Shown piece by piece: positions 14,295 through 28,419 of a stretch of 63,855 nucleotides of DNA. Numbering within the stretch: the stretch's first letter is position 1; every line of letters begins with the position of its first letter. The notes under the pieces are model-generated. The model was not told where the DNA came from. It searched no databases and worked only from the letters and a program-made list of their open reading frames with translations. A program made the position numbers and the translations under genes. Source of the stretch: Hydrolagus colliei (taxonomy: Eukaryota); contig CM068769.1 in NCBI GenBank assembly GCA_035084275.1, forward strand, positions 1,612,146-1,676,000, read 5' to 3'.

Positions 14295-17200
14295 TCATAG
14301 AATGATAGAATCACAGACTTTTACGGCACAAAAGGAGGCCATTCGGCCCATCTAGTCTGTGCCGGCTCTTTGAAAAGAGCGATTCAATCCCACTGCCCTG
14401 CCCGCTCCCCATAGCCTAATAGACCCGTTCTCCCTAAGTAAAGATCTAATTCCCTTTTAAAAGTTGTTATCTAATCAGCCTCCACCACCCTTTCAGGCAA
14501 TGCATTCCAGATTCGAACAACTCGTTGAGTGAAAAAAGTTCTCCTCAGCTCCCCTCTACTGCGACTTGAAACTATTTTAAATCTGTGACCATGAGTCACA
14601 GATTCACCCACGAGTGGAAATAGTTTTTCTCTATTTGCCCTGTAGAAACCCCTCATGATCTTATAAACCTCTATTAGGTCTCCCCTCAATCTTCTCTGCT
14701 CCAGAGAGAATAACCCTAGCCTATCTAGCCTCTCCTCATAGCTGAAGTCCCTCAATCCTGGCACCATCCTAGTAAATCTTCGTTGTACCCTTTCCAATGC
14801 CTTCACATCCTTTCTGTAGTGTGGTGACAAGAATTGAACACAGTATTCCAGCTGAGGCCTCACCAAAGTCCTATAGAGGTTAGTCAGCACTTCCTGACTT
14901 TTGTACTCTATACCCCTATTAATAAAGCCTAGTATCCCATATGCCTTCTTAACAGCCTTGTCTACCTGTCCTGCCACCTTCAACGAGTCACTAACACAAA
15001 TCCCCAGGTCTCTCTGTTCCTTTACACCATTTAAAATTGTTCTATTTAGCCTATATTGCCTCCCTTCATTTCTTCTCCCAAAATGCATCACCTCACACTT
15101 CTCTGCATTAAACTTCATCTGCCATATGTCTGCCCACTTTACCAATTTGTCTATATCCTCTTGCAGATGGCTACTATCCTCCTCACTGTTTACTATTCTC
15201 CCTAACTTATTGTCATCTGCAAACTTGGAAACTGTACTCCGTACACCCAAGTCCAGATCATTGATGTAGATTACAAACAGCAATGGTCCCAAAACCGATC
15301 CCTGTGGCGCACCACTTCTCACTTCCCTCCAATCTGAAAAACAGCCGCTCACTACAACTCTCTGCTTTCTGTCTCGCAGCCAGTTGTGGATCCACGCTGC
15401 CACTGTCCCTTTTACGCCATGGGCCTTTAGTTTCATAATAAGTCTCTAATGTGGCACTTTGTCAAATGCCTTTTGAAAGTCCAAAAGGCATTTTGGACTT
15501 ACATCAACTGCGCTACCATTATCCACTCATTCCGTTACCTCATCAAAAAATTCTATCAGATTTGTAAGGCAAGATTTACCTTTAACAAATCCATGTTGAC
15601 TGTCCTTTATTAGCCTATATCTTTCTAAGTGAAGATCTACCTTGTCCCTGATTATGGACTATAGATGTTTGCCCACTACCGACGTTAGACTGACTGGTCT
15701 GTAGTTAACAGGCTTGTCCTTCTGCCGCTTTTTATACAAGGGAGTAACATTAGCTATCCTCCAGTCCTCTGGCACGACCCCTGTGTCCAAGGAAGATTGA
15801 AAGATAGTGGCCAGAGTCCCTGCTATTTGCTCCCGTGCCTCACTTAGTAACCTAGGGTGCATCCCATCCGGACCAGGTGACTTATCCACCTTGAGCGACG
15901 TCAACCGTTTTAGCACTTCCTCTCTGGTTATAATTATTCTATCCATTTATCCTACCCTCTCCTCTAATACGATGACATTGGCTGTATCATTTTCTTTTGT
16001 GAAGACAGAGGCGAAGTACTCATTCAGTACATCAATCATGCCCTCTGCCTCCACAATGAGATTTCCTCCTAGGTCCCTAATTGGCCCCACCCTCTCCTTG
16101 ACCAACCTTTTACTCTTAATATGTTGGTAAAAAAACCTTAGAGTTCCTCTTAATCTTACTCGCTAATTGTTTTTCATGCAGTCTCTTTGCCCCCCTAACT
16201 TCCTTTTTTAGTTCTATCCTACACTTCCTATATTCTGCTTTGTTCCCTTCTGAATTTTGAGCCTGACACTTATCATAAGCCTCTTTTTTTTGTTTTATTT
16301 TGGCCCCGATTTCCTTAGTCATCCAGGGAGGTTTGGATGCCTTACATTTCACCTTTGTGGGGATGCTTTTGACCTGTGCCTGAACTATCTCCTCTTTGAA
16401 CGCTGCCCACTGCTCGTTAGTTGTCTTACCTGCCAATTTTTCTTTCCAATCCACCTTGGCTAGGTCCCACCTCAACTCATTGAAATTAGCCCTTTTCCAG
16501 TTGAGTGGCCTCACCTGTGATCGTTCCTTATCCCTTTCCATAATTATTCTGAAACTAACGATATTGTGGTCACTATTCCCTAGATGCTTACCTACAGAAA
16601 CCTGTTGAACTTGCCCTACCTCATTTCCCAAAACTAGATCCAGCAATGCTTCTTTCCTCGTTGGACTGGAAACATACTGATCAAGAAAGTTGTCCTGCAC
16701 ACACTTCAGGAATTCTTCTCCCCCCTTGCCCTTTACTCTACTATTCTGCCAGTCTATGTTGGGATAGTTGAAGTCACCCATTATCACTACTCTATTAGTT
16801 CTGCATTTCTCCGTGATATGCTTGCAGATCTGCTTGTCTATCTCCTCCCCACTATTTGGTGGTCTATAGTATAACCCTAACAGTGTAACTGCACCTTTTG
16901 TATTCCTAATTTCTAACCAGATAGATTCGGTTTTTAGTCCTTCTTCCACCTCGTTCCTTTCTAAGGCAGTCACTGAGTCCTTAACTAAAATTGCCACCCC
17001 GCCCCCTTTTCTCCCTTCTCTATCCCTCCTGAATACATTATAACCAGGAATGTTCAACTCCCATTCCTGCCCATGCTGGAGCCAAGTCTCTGTTACTGCT
17101 ATAACATAATTTCGCCTCGCAGCAACCTGAGCCTGCAGCTCACCAATTTTATTTCTCAAACATCGTGCATTTACATACATGCACTCTGAGGCACAAATTA

Positions 17201-17760
17201 CTTCCTCTGCATTTTTCTCCCGTCTTACCTTTACCCCTGTCCTATTTATTACCCCTCCCGTATTTGAACTACTGATCAGTTTCCCACCCTTAACCCCGGG
17301 ATTAGTTTAAAGCCCCCCCACAAAACTCGATAACCTCCCTGCAAGGATATTGGTTCCAGACCTGTTCAGGTGTAACCCATCCATTTTGTACAGGATCCAC
17401 CTACCCCAGAATTGGTCCCATTGGTCTAGGAACCAGAAACCCTCCTTCCTACACCACTTCTCCAGCCATGCATTGATGTGCCTTATTCTAGCATTCTGGA
17501 ACTGGCTTGCTCGAGGCACTGGAAGCAACCCAGAGATCACCACTCTCGAAGTTCCACTTTTTAGTTTACTCCCTAGTCTCTGGTACTCTCCCTGGAGCAT
17601 CTCAGGTCTTTTCCTCTCAACTTCATGGTTCCCAACATGGACCACCACAAATGGATTTTCCCCTTCCCCTAGCAGAATTTCATGGACCCGCTCAGTCAAG
17701 TCTTCAACCCTGGCACCTGGTAGGCTACTCGCGTTTCCGTTCACAAAAACGCCTATCTAT
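14295..17760 (-). mobile_element. CR1 LINE copy 1 (5'-truncated in ORF1, frameshifted ORF2)
   Basis: ORF1 esterase (17307-17744; VHVG...DGLHLN), APE endonuclease (16116-17180; YRPP, MGDFN, SDH), RT (15946-14471), and an (ATTCTAT)n-like tail at 14295. Confidence 0.95.
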
Positions 17761-17856
17761 ACCTCGGACAGTTGTATCTCCTATTAATGTCATTTCCCTC
17801 AAGGATTTAATTTTTGGGGGCAGCCCATTGTTTCAACATTGCTGAATCATTGTGAA

Positions 17857-18180
17857 GTACCTTTAGCTCAGAGGCTGGAGCACTCGCCTTACAAGCGTGA
17901 AACATGTTTTCGAATCCAGGCAAGTCGAGGTGAAACCTTGAGTAAATGTCCTTGCTCCACAAGGCTGAAAATAATCCTCCCAATAAAAACACATCAATAA
18001 AAATTGGTCTTGTCAACCCACGACTGTTTGTGGGGGCGACGCTGTTGTGCGCAATTAGCTGCCGCGTTTTGCCTATAAATATACAGTCACTTCACTTTAC
18101 AGTATATATTGCGAAGCATTTTGATACGTTGATAAGGTGGGAAATGCGGTACAGCAAATGCAAGGTTTATTATTATTATC
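17857..18180 (+). mobile_element. Complete tRNA-headed SINE with conserved core and L2/CR1-like tail (DeuSINE-like by recollection). About 25-30 copies or fragments occur across the window.
   Basis: Head ttagctcagaggctggagcactcgccttacaagcgtga...tcgaatcc, core gctgttgtgcgcaattagctgccgcgttt, tail aaatgcaagg(tta)n. The same core recurs at ~13600, 21850, 22980, 27850, 34490, 34640, 43900, 45900, 46650, 50830 and 57880. Confidence 0.85.
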
Positions 18181-19179
18181 ATCTCCAGTTACGCACTTAA
18201 TTCACCAGAGTGTAAATTAAAGCAATTTCGCTCCATAGCGACAAGCTCCCATCTTCATTTATCACAGAGAGTGTGGAGAAGTGCATGGGAGGAACCAAGG
18301 TTTTGTGATCACAGTGTGTGTCCTGAGGTTCCCGTTGAAATGTAAGCAACTAAACCTGAAATGCTTCTCACCGAAAATAATAATCCCTATATTTCCAACA
18401 AGACATACATACGTTCCACACATCTGGACATGAATTGCGGTATCAGGCACAAAGCTTTTGACCACACTGAGTGATAGCACTGTCACCGCTTTGTTAGAAG
18501 GTTATGGGTTCAACAAGGACAACAGCTACAACTTCGGTTTTCTATTTTGCCATCCACGGCTGTACAGAGTCTCAGAGCGTTTCACAATAACGGAAGAAGC
18601 GGGGAGCAAGCCAAGGGCAGGGGGGAAAGGTGACCAAAGGCGCGTTGGAATCTAAAGGTGTTTAGCTGAGACTGGAAACTGGGAAGAGAGGGGAAGAGTC
18701 GAGGGGAGTGAGGAAGGGAGTTACAGATCCTCGTGGTTTACCGGGTGATGGTGCAGCGCAGCATTCGGGGTTAGAGGAGGAGACACACATCCCTTCCTTT
18801 TGCTCCATGATTTGATATACAGAGCTTGAGCAGCAATCTGTGTCTCTTAGTAGCAAATCAACCCTAGCTTAGGCTTTGCTATACAAACATAGGTTCACAA
18901 TTCCATGTTACATTCTCCAGCCGGTAACCAATGAATATCTGTCCTCATCGTGCTGGGAGGACATTTGCTGCACCACCTGTGATTTGCCAGGGTTGCAGTT
19001 CAATGCCGCAGATCGGGAGATCATGTTCGCATTGTTTTACGCACAGTTAAACAGACACGACCTCTTCGATGCTGAGTACACACCAGTGCAGAATTGAACA
19101 CACCCTTTCTGCAACCATTTCCTTTTATTTTAATAACTAAACGATCAATAAAGCACTAATTGGTTGTCCCAATCTTTGC

Positions 19180-20190
19180 AAATGAGTTGAGAAGATCTCC
19201 CTGTTGCTCAGAACTTAATTTTATAAGACAGAAGTGGCATTACCCTGCAGGAAGTCCGATCCCTTTCCAAAAAAGCCCTCTATCTATGACCTCATCCTGG
19301 ATGAGAACATTGATATTCTTGGCCTTACGGAAACCTGACGTTCCCCAATGACCCCGTGCCTCTAGTTGAGGCCTTCCTGCAGGCTACATCTTCTACCACA
19401 TCCCTCGCCCCTACCAACACGGTGGCGGGCTGGCCGTCATCTCCACCTCCTCCCTTGGTCTATCCCCCTATTCTGGCTGTTTCCACTACTTCGAACACTC
19501 GACGCTCAACCATCCTTCTCGTTCCTTCATAATCCATCTTTATCGTCCTCCCGAACCCCCTCGCTCTTTCCTCCGCGATATCACCACTCTCTTCTCCTCC
19601 CTGTCACTCTGCTCTGAACGTCTGTTCATCATGAGCGACTTCAGCCTTCACCTAAACTCCGTCTGCATCACCTCTTCCCACTTCACTGCTCTCGTAACCT
19701 CCCTAAACCTCACCCTCCATATTGACTCTCTGACCCACAGCCATGGCCTCGCTCTCCAACTCATTATCACCCACGGCCTTGACATTTCCGAACTCAGCAT
19801 CTCAGATAAGGCCAACTCGGAAGACTTTTTTCTCTCCTTCTCCTCTCCCATCCCTCTCTGCTCCACCAAGCATTCAACTGTACTTTTCCGCCATTGGAAA
19901 CGTCTCGCCCTGAGACGCTCACAGAGTTCCTCACATCATCCTAACTTCGGAGGCCGGGCATTCAGCCACTACGCCCCGAGGGTCTGGAAATCATTTCCTG
20001 ACTCATTTCACCTCGCCCGCTCTCTTCCCAATTTCAAGTAACACCTGAAGACCTTTCTCTTCGATTGCGCTTTTCGTCACCTTTTTGCCCCTTCCCTTGG
20101 CTTGTTCTCGGAATCTGCTATTGTGAAGCGCTCTAAGACACCGTCCGGCGTAGAGGGAGTTACATAAATCGAAGTTGTTGTTGTTGTTGT
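19180..20190 (+). mobile_element. Degenerate, internally deleted L2 fragment (endonuclease region joined to 3' end)
   Basis: Endonuclease-like sequence similar to 7900-8400, ending in the L2 tail and (ttg)n at ~20175-20190. Confidence 0.7.
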
Positions 20191-20369
20191 CAGATAATCT
20201 CTCTGTGTGTGTGTGTGTCTGTGTGTAAGGACGTAGGTGTGTGACGTTGTGTATTTGCGATGTGACCATGTGTGTGTTTGGTGTTTATACATTTGTGTGA
20301 CATGCTGTATGTCGATGTGAAAGAGAGTGTATGTTTGCGTGATTGTGTGAGCGATTGTGCGTGTTTGCG

Positions 20370-21365
20370 TCCCTAAGTTTTGTTGTCACCCAGTTGTACC
20401 TTTCTGCCTCATCCCTCAACCCCCAGACGATCGATGTTCTGACAGCATGTCTGTCCGACATCAAGTCGTGGACGAGGGACAACGTTTTGCAATTGAACGT
20501 GAATAAGACCGAGGCCCTCCTGATTGGCTCAAGCCAGCGCCTCCGCACATCGGGCGCTGCCAGCCTCAATATCCAAAGTTGCACTCTCCACCTCACAAAG
20601 CCAATCAGGAACCTCGGCATCATGTTCGATCAAAAGCTTTCCTTACTCCCCCACATCCGCATCTTGACCGGCACCGCCTATTTCCAACCGCTCAACCTTG
20701 CTAGGCTCCGTAATTATCTTACCCCCCGCGCTGCCGAAACACTCGTGCATGCATACATCACCTCACGGCTGGACTACCGAAATTCTCTCCTAGTCGGCCT
20801 CCCCAGTTCCTCCATTCATAGGCTGCAGGCCATCCAAAACTCTGCAGCCAGTGTTCTATCCCGCACCCGCCTCCGCGACCACATAACCCCCACCGTCGCC
20901 CATCTCCACTGGCTCCCTATCCTCCAGAGGATCGAGTTTAAGATCCTCGTCCTCAACTACAAGGCATTAAACGGCCTTGCCCCATCCTACTTAACCGATC
21001 TACACTCCCACTACACGCCCACCCGGACCCTCCGTTCAACAGGACTTGGCCTGCTCTAAGCCCCCCGCCCTAACCGCCCCACAATCGGAGGCCGGGCCTT
21101 CAGTTTCTCCGCTCCCACCTTATGGAATGCTATCCCTCAATCCCTCCGTTTCGTCTCTTCCCTTTCCTCTTTCAAGGCCGGTTTGAAGAATTTCCTCTTC
21201 GATCGTGCCTTTTGTTCCACCCCGAATTCTTTTACCTCCCCTTCGTGTTTCACCCCTTCCCAAACACTCGCCTCCCAGCTCGGGACACACGCCTCCTGTG
21301 CAGCGCCTTGGGACTTCCTCCCGACGTGAAAGGCGCTCTATAAATGTAAATTGTTGTTGTTGTTG
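20370..21365 (+). mobile_element. L2 3' fragment (post-RT region and tail)
   Basis: ORF 20343-21059 (LQLNVNKTE...ITSRLDYRN...[14 protein letters not shown]) and (ttg)n tail at ~21350. Confidence 0.88.
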
Positions 21366-22283
21366 TTGTGTATGTGTGTGCATGTGCAAATGTATTAACG
21401 TGTGTGTATGCACTTATGTGTGATAGTGAGTGTGTGTTCATCAACATGTGTGACCGGGTATGTGTGCCAATGTGCGTTGCTGAAAGTGTATGTGTGCAAG
21501 TGAGTGTATGAGTGTGTGCGAGAGTGTGTGGTCAGTTGTGTGTCAGTGCGCTTGTTTGTCTGTGTAACAATGCTGAGCCTGTGTGACATTTTGTGTGTAA
21601 TTGTGTGTGTATGTGGGGCAGTGTTTATAAGAATGTAATATATAGATTCAGAGCTGGAAGAGGCCATACGGCCCCCTTGATCCTGAACCACCATTTAGAA
21701 AGATACACTTATGCAGAAAATTAAATTTACTGTACATGAATACTAATATTAATTGCATTTGAAATAGCGCTTTTGCAAATCGTATCGACGTCTCAAAACT
21801 CTTCACGAAATATACTGCAACGTGACTTGACTGTATATTTGTGGGCAAAACGCGGGAGCCAATTGCGCACAACGACGTCCCCCCGAAACAGTCGTCGATT
21901 GAAATGAGCAATTTTTATTGTTGTGATGTTTTTTGGACGGATTATTATCAAGCGTGTGTATGTGGAGTAAGGAAACGTGTCCAATGTTTCGCATTGTGTG
22001 GGAAACACGACAGCCAATTTCAAACAACAGAGTCCCACAAGCAGTCGTGGTTTGAGGGACAAACATTTTTCATCCACGAATATTAATCACTCGATAAGCA
22101 ATTATGAACTAACTAACGTTTTCCTTCTTACTGATGGTTAGTACTGCTTGGAAGATGAAACGTTGCCCAAACCTTCGCCATGCTAATTATCACCAGGGTA
22201 TTCTCACTTGCGATGAGAATGCTCTCAGCATAAAGCTGCGGTTGACTGTTTGTTGGGGTATCATGGTGCGTCAATCTTGACTA

Positions 22284-22322
22284 GGTTTTTGTACAGGCAA
22301 GCCGTTGATTTGCAGCACTGTG
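22284..22322 (-). other. 23-RSS of V1 (perfect consensus)
   Basis: CACAGTG-23 bp-ACAAAAACC on the minus strand. Confidence 0.98.
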
Positions 22323-23427
22323 CTGCTTGTTCTTAAACCACAATAATATGTGGCAGCGTCAGTGAACGTAAGACTCGTTATGCTTAATGTGGATTGTTTC
22401 TGACTCATATCAAGCTGTGAAGAAAAACGACCTGTAGCAAAATCTGCAAAGTAACCGTTTCCATCAGTATTCCTGTAGAGAATGTATTGGGGAGCGAATC
22501 CTGGGTAATATCTGTACCAGTCCAGAGCGGCGTAGGACGAGCTGGTGGTATATGAGCAGCTCAGACTCGCCGTGTCTCCCTCTTGTTTGCTCAGCCTGGG
22601 TAACTGCTCTCTGACTGAATCTTCCAGCAACACATCTGCAACCAGATAAAAGGATCAACATCAAACTTGGTGCTGTTATTGTCCTGATAGACCACGAGCC
22701 TCGGATATGAGAAGAATAGCGTAAGGTTCCGGGACAGGACAAACTATTGGGCAAGTTAACTTGGTTAGCACACACACACTATTAAATAAGTAGTAAAGGA
22801 GGAACCAATCGTTTGTTAATTGTCACATTGCCTTTATTGGAACAACAACTGTTTAATTGTACGAACACTCAGTTAGTTTCTGCTTGTAGGACACTGGGCA
22901 CAAAATCAATTCCAGCCAACAAAGCACAATAATAAAATTTGTCATTTCTATCCATGAATGTTTGTGATAGGTGCTGTTCGCAATTGGATGCCGCGTTTCA
23001 CCCACAAATATACAGTCAATCAGCTTTACAGTATATTCTGTGAAGCACTTTGTGAAGTCGATCAGACGTAAAAAGTGCTACATCAAACGAAAAGATTATT
23101 ATTATTTTATATATAATTCGCTGCCACATTTCTTTTACAAATTATATAGTCAATTATGTTGACGAATGATGTGCATTATGTCGCATCGAAGAAGTGATGA
23201 GTCACTACATCAAACAAAGGGACTATTATTAATACCATTATTGTCTTTCCCTTCCTAAGAACTCAACAGTCAACCGCAGTTCTGGAAATGTAAGACAGGA
23301 TTATTAATAATTTCCAGAAGAGAAATAATCTATTTAGAATCTATTTTAATAACCGTGTGTATTGTATTGTAACAGCCTCACCTGACACAAAGCTCAAGAA
23401 GACAAACGAAGTGATAAACAGTCGCAT
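22323..23427 (-). CDS. TCR alpha/delta V gene 1, intact. Leader 23427-23382, V exon 22635-22323.
   Basis: Leader MRLFITSFVFLSFVS + gtgag (phase 1), acceptor ttgcag, then DVLLEDSVREQ...LSC...LDWYRYYPG...DAATYYCGLRTS with C23, W41 and C104 present. Confidence 0.95.
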
Positions 23428-25554
23428 TGTTGCTCCTCGGTAAAATATCTTTGCACCAGAGTATCATTATACAAATTGCTTGTCGATTTAGAGATGTTTC
23501 AACATCACTACCGTGACAGAACAGCAGTGCTTCATGTCACGCCCTCCTGTGGCCTTGTTGGCTAGACTAAGCAAATTCCCTGCTGGTCGACCTTCGTAAT
23601 TCCCCCCTCTGTAGGCTGCAGATAATCCAGAACTCTACAGCCCGTGTCCTCCACGGTTCCCAACTCCGTGACCCCGTTTCCCCTATTCTTGCCCGACATC
23701 AATGGCTCCCCATCATTCAGAGGATCCAGTTCAAGATCCTGGTCCTCACATTTCACGCAATCCACAACCTTGCCCCACCCTTTATCCGTGACCTCCTATC
23801 CCATCACCAAACTGCCCGTCTCCTCCGCTCAGCTGTCTCTGGCCTGTTCCACGTCCTCCGACCCTCACGCCCAACGATTGGCAGATGAGCCTTTAGTCAC
23901 TCTGCGCCCAACCTATGGAACACCATTGTGATGTCCCTCCTCCTCGCCACCTCCCTGGCCACCTTCACGTATCTAACCATGGCTCTCCTCTTCGTACCCA
24001 CAAAAGTTGTTGGTACGAAGCGCAACTGGCTGTTGAGTTTCATCAACCAACATATAGTTAGTTATTTTATGTTTATTATTCTGTTATTATTGTTGTATGA
24101 TTACTGAGTGACGACGTTATTATAAATGGACCAAAAACGAGGATTTCGATAACAACGCCATTTGAGAAAAACTAGACATGAATCAATACTGACTAAAACT
24201 GAATCCCTTTGTACAACAACACAATCTCTCTCGAAAATAATCTTGTTTTTTAGTTTAATGAACATATAATTTCATAGGTTGAAATGGCTAATTTTATTAT
24301 CGTGTTTTTCTTGGCGAGATTATTATCAGGTGTGTGTGTATATGTATGTGTATATGTCTCTGTGTGTTTGCGTTCGTGGAATAGGAAAGCTTGTCCAAGG
24401 TTCCACCCTGAACTGCCTGGATTCGAACACAGTTCTCACTCTTGTCAGGCGAGTGCTCTAACCACTGAGATACAGGAGCTCCACAGTTTGTGGGACAGAT
24501 CCAAATGAAGTGCTTTTGTGACACTCGAGTAGGTGTTATATCAATGGTAAAGGTCATTATTATTATTTCTATGACTTCCCCTCTTTCCATACATGAATGT
24601 ATCCACCACTTTGGTTTGCAGTTGAGATATTGTCACATATTTCCACTGCGAGTGACAGCAGCAAAGTCACTAATTGTCAAATACGTCAATAGTCAGTACT
24701 CATATCTGTGCAGCCATTAAAGCATTTGTCTGCACGTGGGTGTTTTAATATCAGTTGTATAATCTGACGGTAACACAGTGTGTGTAAGAATAATAATAAA
24801 AAATCTTATTTATCAAAAGTATAAAATGTAAGATTTATTAGTTTTAGTTTCACTCTTTCCTTACATGAACCACTCTATCAGCACTTCTGCTTGTGGTTGG
24901 AAATCAGTCACGAGTTTCCTCTGAGACACAGCAGCAGAGTCAACAAATTGTCAAACAGGTCAACAATCATTCCAGGCCTCTGAGCTGAGATTAAACTATT
25001 TCTCTCCCATTAGCAGGTTTTGTAAAGTGGGGCAGGCTGACAGCAGTCTGATTCTAACATGGCTTGTGTGATCGCATGGTTACAGTGGCTGTGTTAGATG
25101 CAGCCACAGTGACAGTCAATCACTTCAGTGGACTTCCCGACGTGAGAGGCGCTCTGCACACGTCATTGTATTATTCTTCATGTTGGGTTCGATACCAGGA
25201 CAGTGCAACACATTGGGCAGATATCCATACTCCACAGGCCTCAGTTTAAAATACATCCGTTGGGAAACCTGTTCTATTAAAATAGCGGTGTACTATTCCT
25301 TGGGTATTTTTACTTTTATAAAAACGAAATAATACGTTACAGTATTCGCATTATTTACGAAGTCTTCATAAGAGTGGATTCCAAGTACAGTGAGAACTGT
25401 GTTTGGAATACACACAGGGCGAATCCTTCGGCAAATTTCTTAATCCACACGCCCAATAATAATCAGTCCCATACCAAAAAACCTATCACCAATAATAAAT
25501 TGGTCATTTACATCCACTACTGTGTTTGGGGACGTTGCTCCGCGCAATTGGCTG

Positions 25555-26380
25555 CCGGACATCGGTCCCTGCCAGCCTCAATATCCAAGGTTGTACTCTC
25601 CACCGCACAAAGCCAGTCAGGAACCTCGGCATCACGTTCGACCATAAACTCTCCTTCCTCCCCCACATCCGTGCCTTGACTGGAACCGCTTATTTCCTCC
25701 TGCGCAATATTGCCAGGCTCCGCAATTATCTTACCCCCACGCTGCCGAAACACTCGTGCACGCATACATCACCTCAAGACTGGACTACGGAAACTCTCTC
25801 CTCGTCGGCCTCCCCAGCTCCTCCATTCACAGGCTGCAGGTCACCCAAAACTCCGCAGCCCGTGTATTATCCCGCACCCGCCTCCGCGAACATATAACCC
25901 CCACGCTCGCCCGTCTCCACTGGCTCCCCATCCTCCAGAGGATCGAGTTCAAGATCCTCGTCTTCACCTTCAAGGCCTTACACGACCTTGCCCCGCACTA
26001 TTTCACCGAATTACTCTCCCCCTACAAGCCCACCCGGACCCTCCGTTCAGCAGGACTTAGCTTGCTCGCAGTCCCACTGCCGAACGTCCCCACCATCGGA
26101 GGTCGGGCCTTCAATTTTTCTTCTCCGTCCCTATGGAAGTACATCCCCCAATCTCTCCTTCTCGTTTCTTCCCTGTCCTCTTTCAAGGACTGTTTGAAGA
26201 CTTACCTCTTCGACCGTGCCTTTTGTTCCACCCCGAATTCTTCGACCTCCCCTACTTGTTTCACCCCTTCCCGTACACTCCCATCCCAGCTCGTGTCACA
26301 CGCCTCCTGTCAAGCACCTTGGGACGTCCTCCCGACGTGAAAGGCGCTTTATAATTGTAATTTGTTGTTGTTGTTGATGT
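25555..26380 (+). mobile_element. L2 3' fragment
   Basis: ORF 25756-26340 is homologous to 20343-21059. (ttg)n tail at ~26360-26377. Confidence 0.88.
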
Positions 26381-26722
26381 TTCTCTCTCCCATAAATACA
26401 CAGTAAAATCACTTGACAATGTATTCTGTGAAGCGCTTTGAATCGCTTAGAGTAGACGTGAAAAGCGATATAGCGGATGCAAGTATTATTATCATTACTG
26501 CTGTTATTATCCACATGTCTTAATTCTAAAAAAACATGTATCACAATCTTCTATCGGTTGATTAATAAACACATATAATACAGAGATAGTGATGCATTTC
26601 TTTTTCTTTAATTGTCTTGATATGAAGTAAATAAAGTGTAAGCTGTGGGGACAGTTAGCTGATGGTTTGTTACATGGTGTCTCACTGCTCTTTACTGATT
26701 CCCAGCGTTTGGTTGTGATGAG

Positions 26723-26761
26723 AGTTATTGTACGAGGCTTCCTATGATGTGTATCACTGTG
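26723..26761 (-). other. 23-RSS of the supporting V
   Basis: CACAGTG-23 bp-ACAATAACT. Confidence 0.9.
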
Positions 26762-27057
26762 GTGCTGACTGACTACACAGTGATACATAGCGGAGTCTGG
26801 TAGCTGCAGCCTGGCGATGGTTAAATGGCTGATTTTTTTGGCAGTGTCAAGAGAAGCAGAAATATGATCTCCAGTGGGGTTTCCTCCCTCTCCCAAAGGG
26901 CTTCTGTGGCGAAGGTATATCGGTGCCTCACCAGGGAACTGCCAGTACCAGGAGACAATTAAATTCTGTCCACAGAATCCGGAGTAATGGCATTGTAAAT
27001 CCACTCTCTCTCCAGCAATAGCCTTTATTTCAGGCGGTGACTGAGTAATTATCGATC
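26762..27057 (-). CDS. Leaderless supporting TCR-delta-type V exon of the NAR-TCR cassette (extra Cys in CDR1)
   Basis: Acceptor cgtag|GA TCG ATA (phase 1), then SIITQSPP...LQCHYSGFCGQNLIVSWYWQ...DSAMYHCVVSQH. No leader was found. The upstream phase-1 donor is the J at 29322. Confidence 0.9.
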
Positions 27058-28419
27058 CTACGTGGAGGATATCACAGCATAGTGAGCATTGCAATGTCGT
27101 AGCATTGTACAGCAATGAAGCAGAACATTAGGAGAATTGTTTATATGCCAGCTGTTTGGGGCAATTGTCCAACTTTTCCCACTCCCATTGTTGCCCCATA
27201 TTCTCGACACATTTTGCTTCTGCATTACTCCACCTGTCCATTTCCACTTTAAAATGGATTGTTTAACATGCTTATACAAGAATATCAGGGAGCGCGTTGC
27301 AGATTATCATAACTTTGAAATTTATAACAAATTCTCTTGTTCTCCCGTTTGTTTCTTTTTTAAAAAAAACTTTAAAACACATGTCCTTTGATTACTGGCC
27401 AATGGAAACAGTTTCTATGCTCCACTTTTATCAGATACTATTTTAACATTCATTGCGCTCAAGATAAATTGATCTCTTTGTATATGTCAATTGCTACTTT
27501 GCTGTAACCATTCTATTAAATCGTCTTTCAATAATGTCCAAGACTTTAATATCCTTATTACCCTGAGAATCAAAGACACTTTAGAACCACTTTTCATCTA
27601 AACCATACAGTTACTCTAATAATAATACTTGCATTTGTTATAGCGCTTTTCATGTCCTCTAGCCGCCTCAAAAACCTTCAAAGAATATACTGTAAAGTGA
27701 TTTGACTATTCGTGAGTGGACGAAGCGCGGCACCCGAACAATAATAATACTATTATTACTGTTTTACTATAGGCGCTTTTCGCAACTTATCGACGTCACA
27801 AAGCGCTTCACAGAATACACTGTAAATTGGAATGATTCTATATTTGTGGGACAAACGCGGCAGCGAATTGCGCACAGCAGTGTTCCTCACAAACAGTCGT
27901 GGATTGGATTGACCAATGTATATTATTGTGGGATTTTTTCACGGATTGTTATTAGACGTGTGGAGAAAGGTAACTTGCCCAAGGTTTAGCTCTAATCTTC
28001 CTGGATTCGAACACGGGTCTCACGCTTGTAAGTGATTGTGATATCCACTGAGCAAAAATCCACAATAAAATAGTTTTACTCATTCTATACGGGTTTGCTG
28101 TTGTAGATTGCTCCCACTGAAGCCCTGGTTGTCTGTGATCATGGGAATGTTTAGCAGAGAATCAGATGTCGGTGTGCACAGTTAGCTCCGTTGAATTAAA
28201 GTTGAGTGAAATGGAATTCCCCTCTCTGAATGTCGTGACATTGACATCGCTGCTGGAGGAGGTGAATGAAGTCTCTGGCTTGTTTCCAAAATCAGTTTTG
28301 TCTCAGCCTGTTAGCCTCTAAATGCAGTTTCATTTGTGCCAGAAGAAAACTGCTTTCCATAAAAAAGTGTTAAATAATTGCTTAAATATTTTTCTTTCTT
28401 TGTTAGTTTATTTGTTTAT

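Noticed and set aside
17857-17930. Functional tRNA genes here and at ~42297, ~61265 and ~63775
   Set aside because: Stems are degenerate and each runs into a SINE core and tail.
18262-18500. RSS-like CACACTG...ACAAAACC and possible V relic
   Set aside because: The spacer is only 5 bp and there are no C23/W41/C104 motifs in any frame.
25017-25130. Heptamer-like GGCTGTG/CACAGTG pair suggesting a D segment
   Set aside because: No nonamer at 12 or 22/23 bp on either side.
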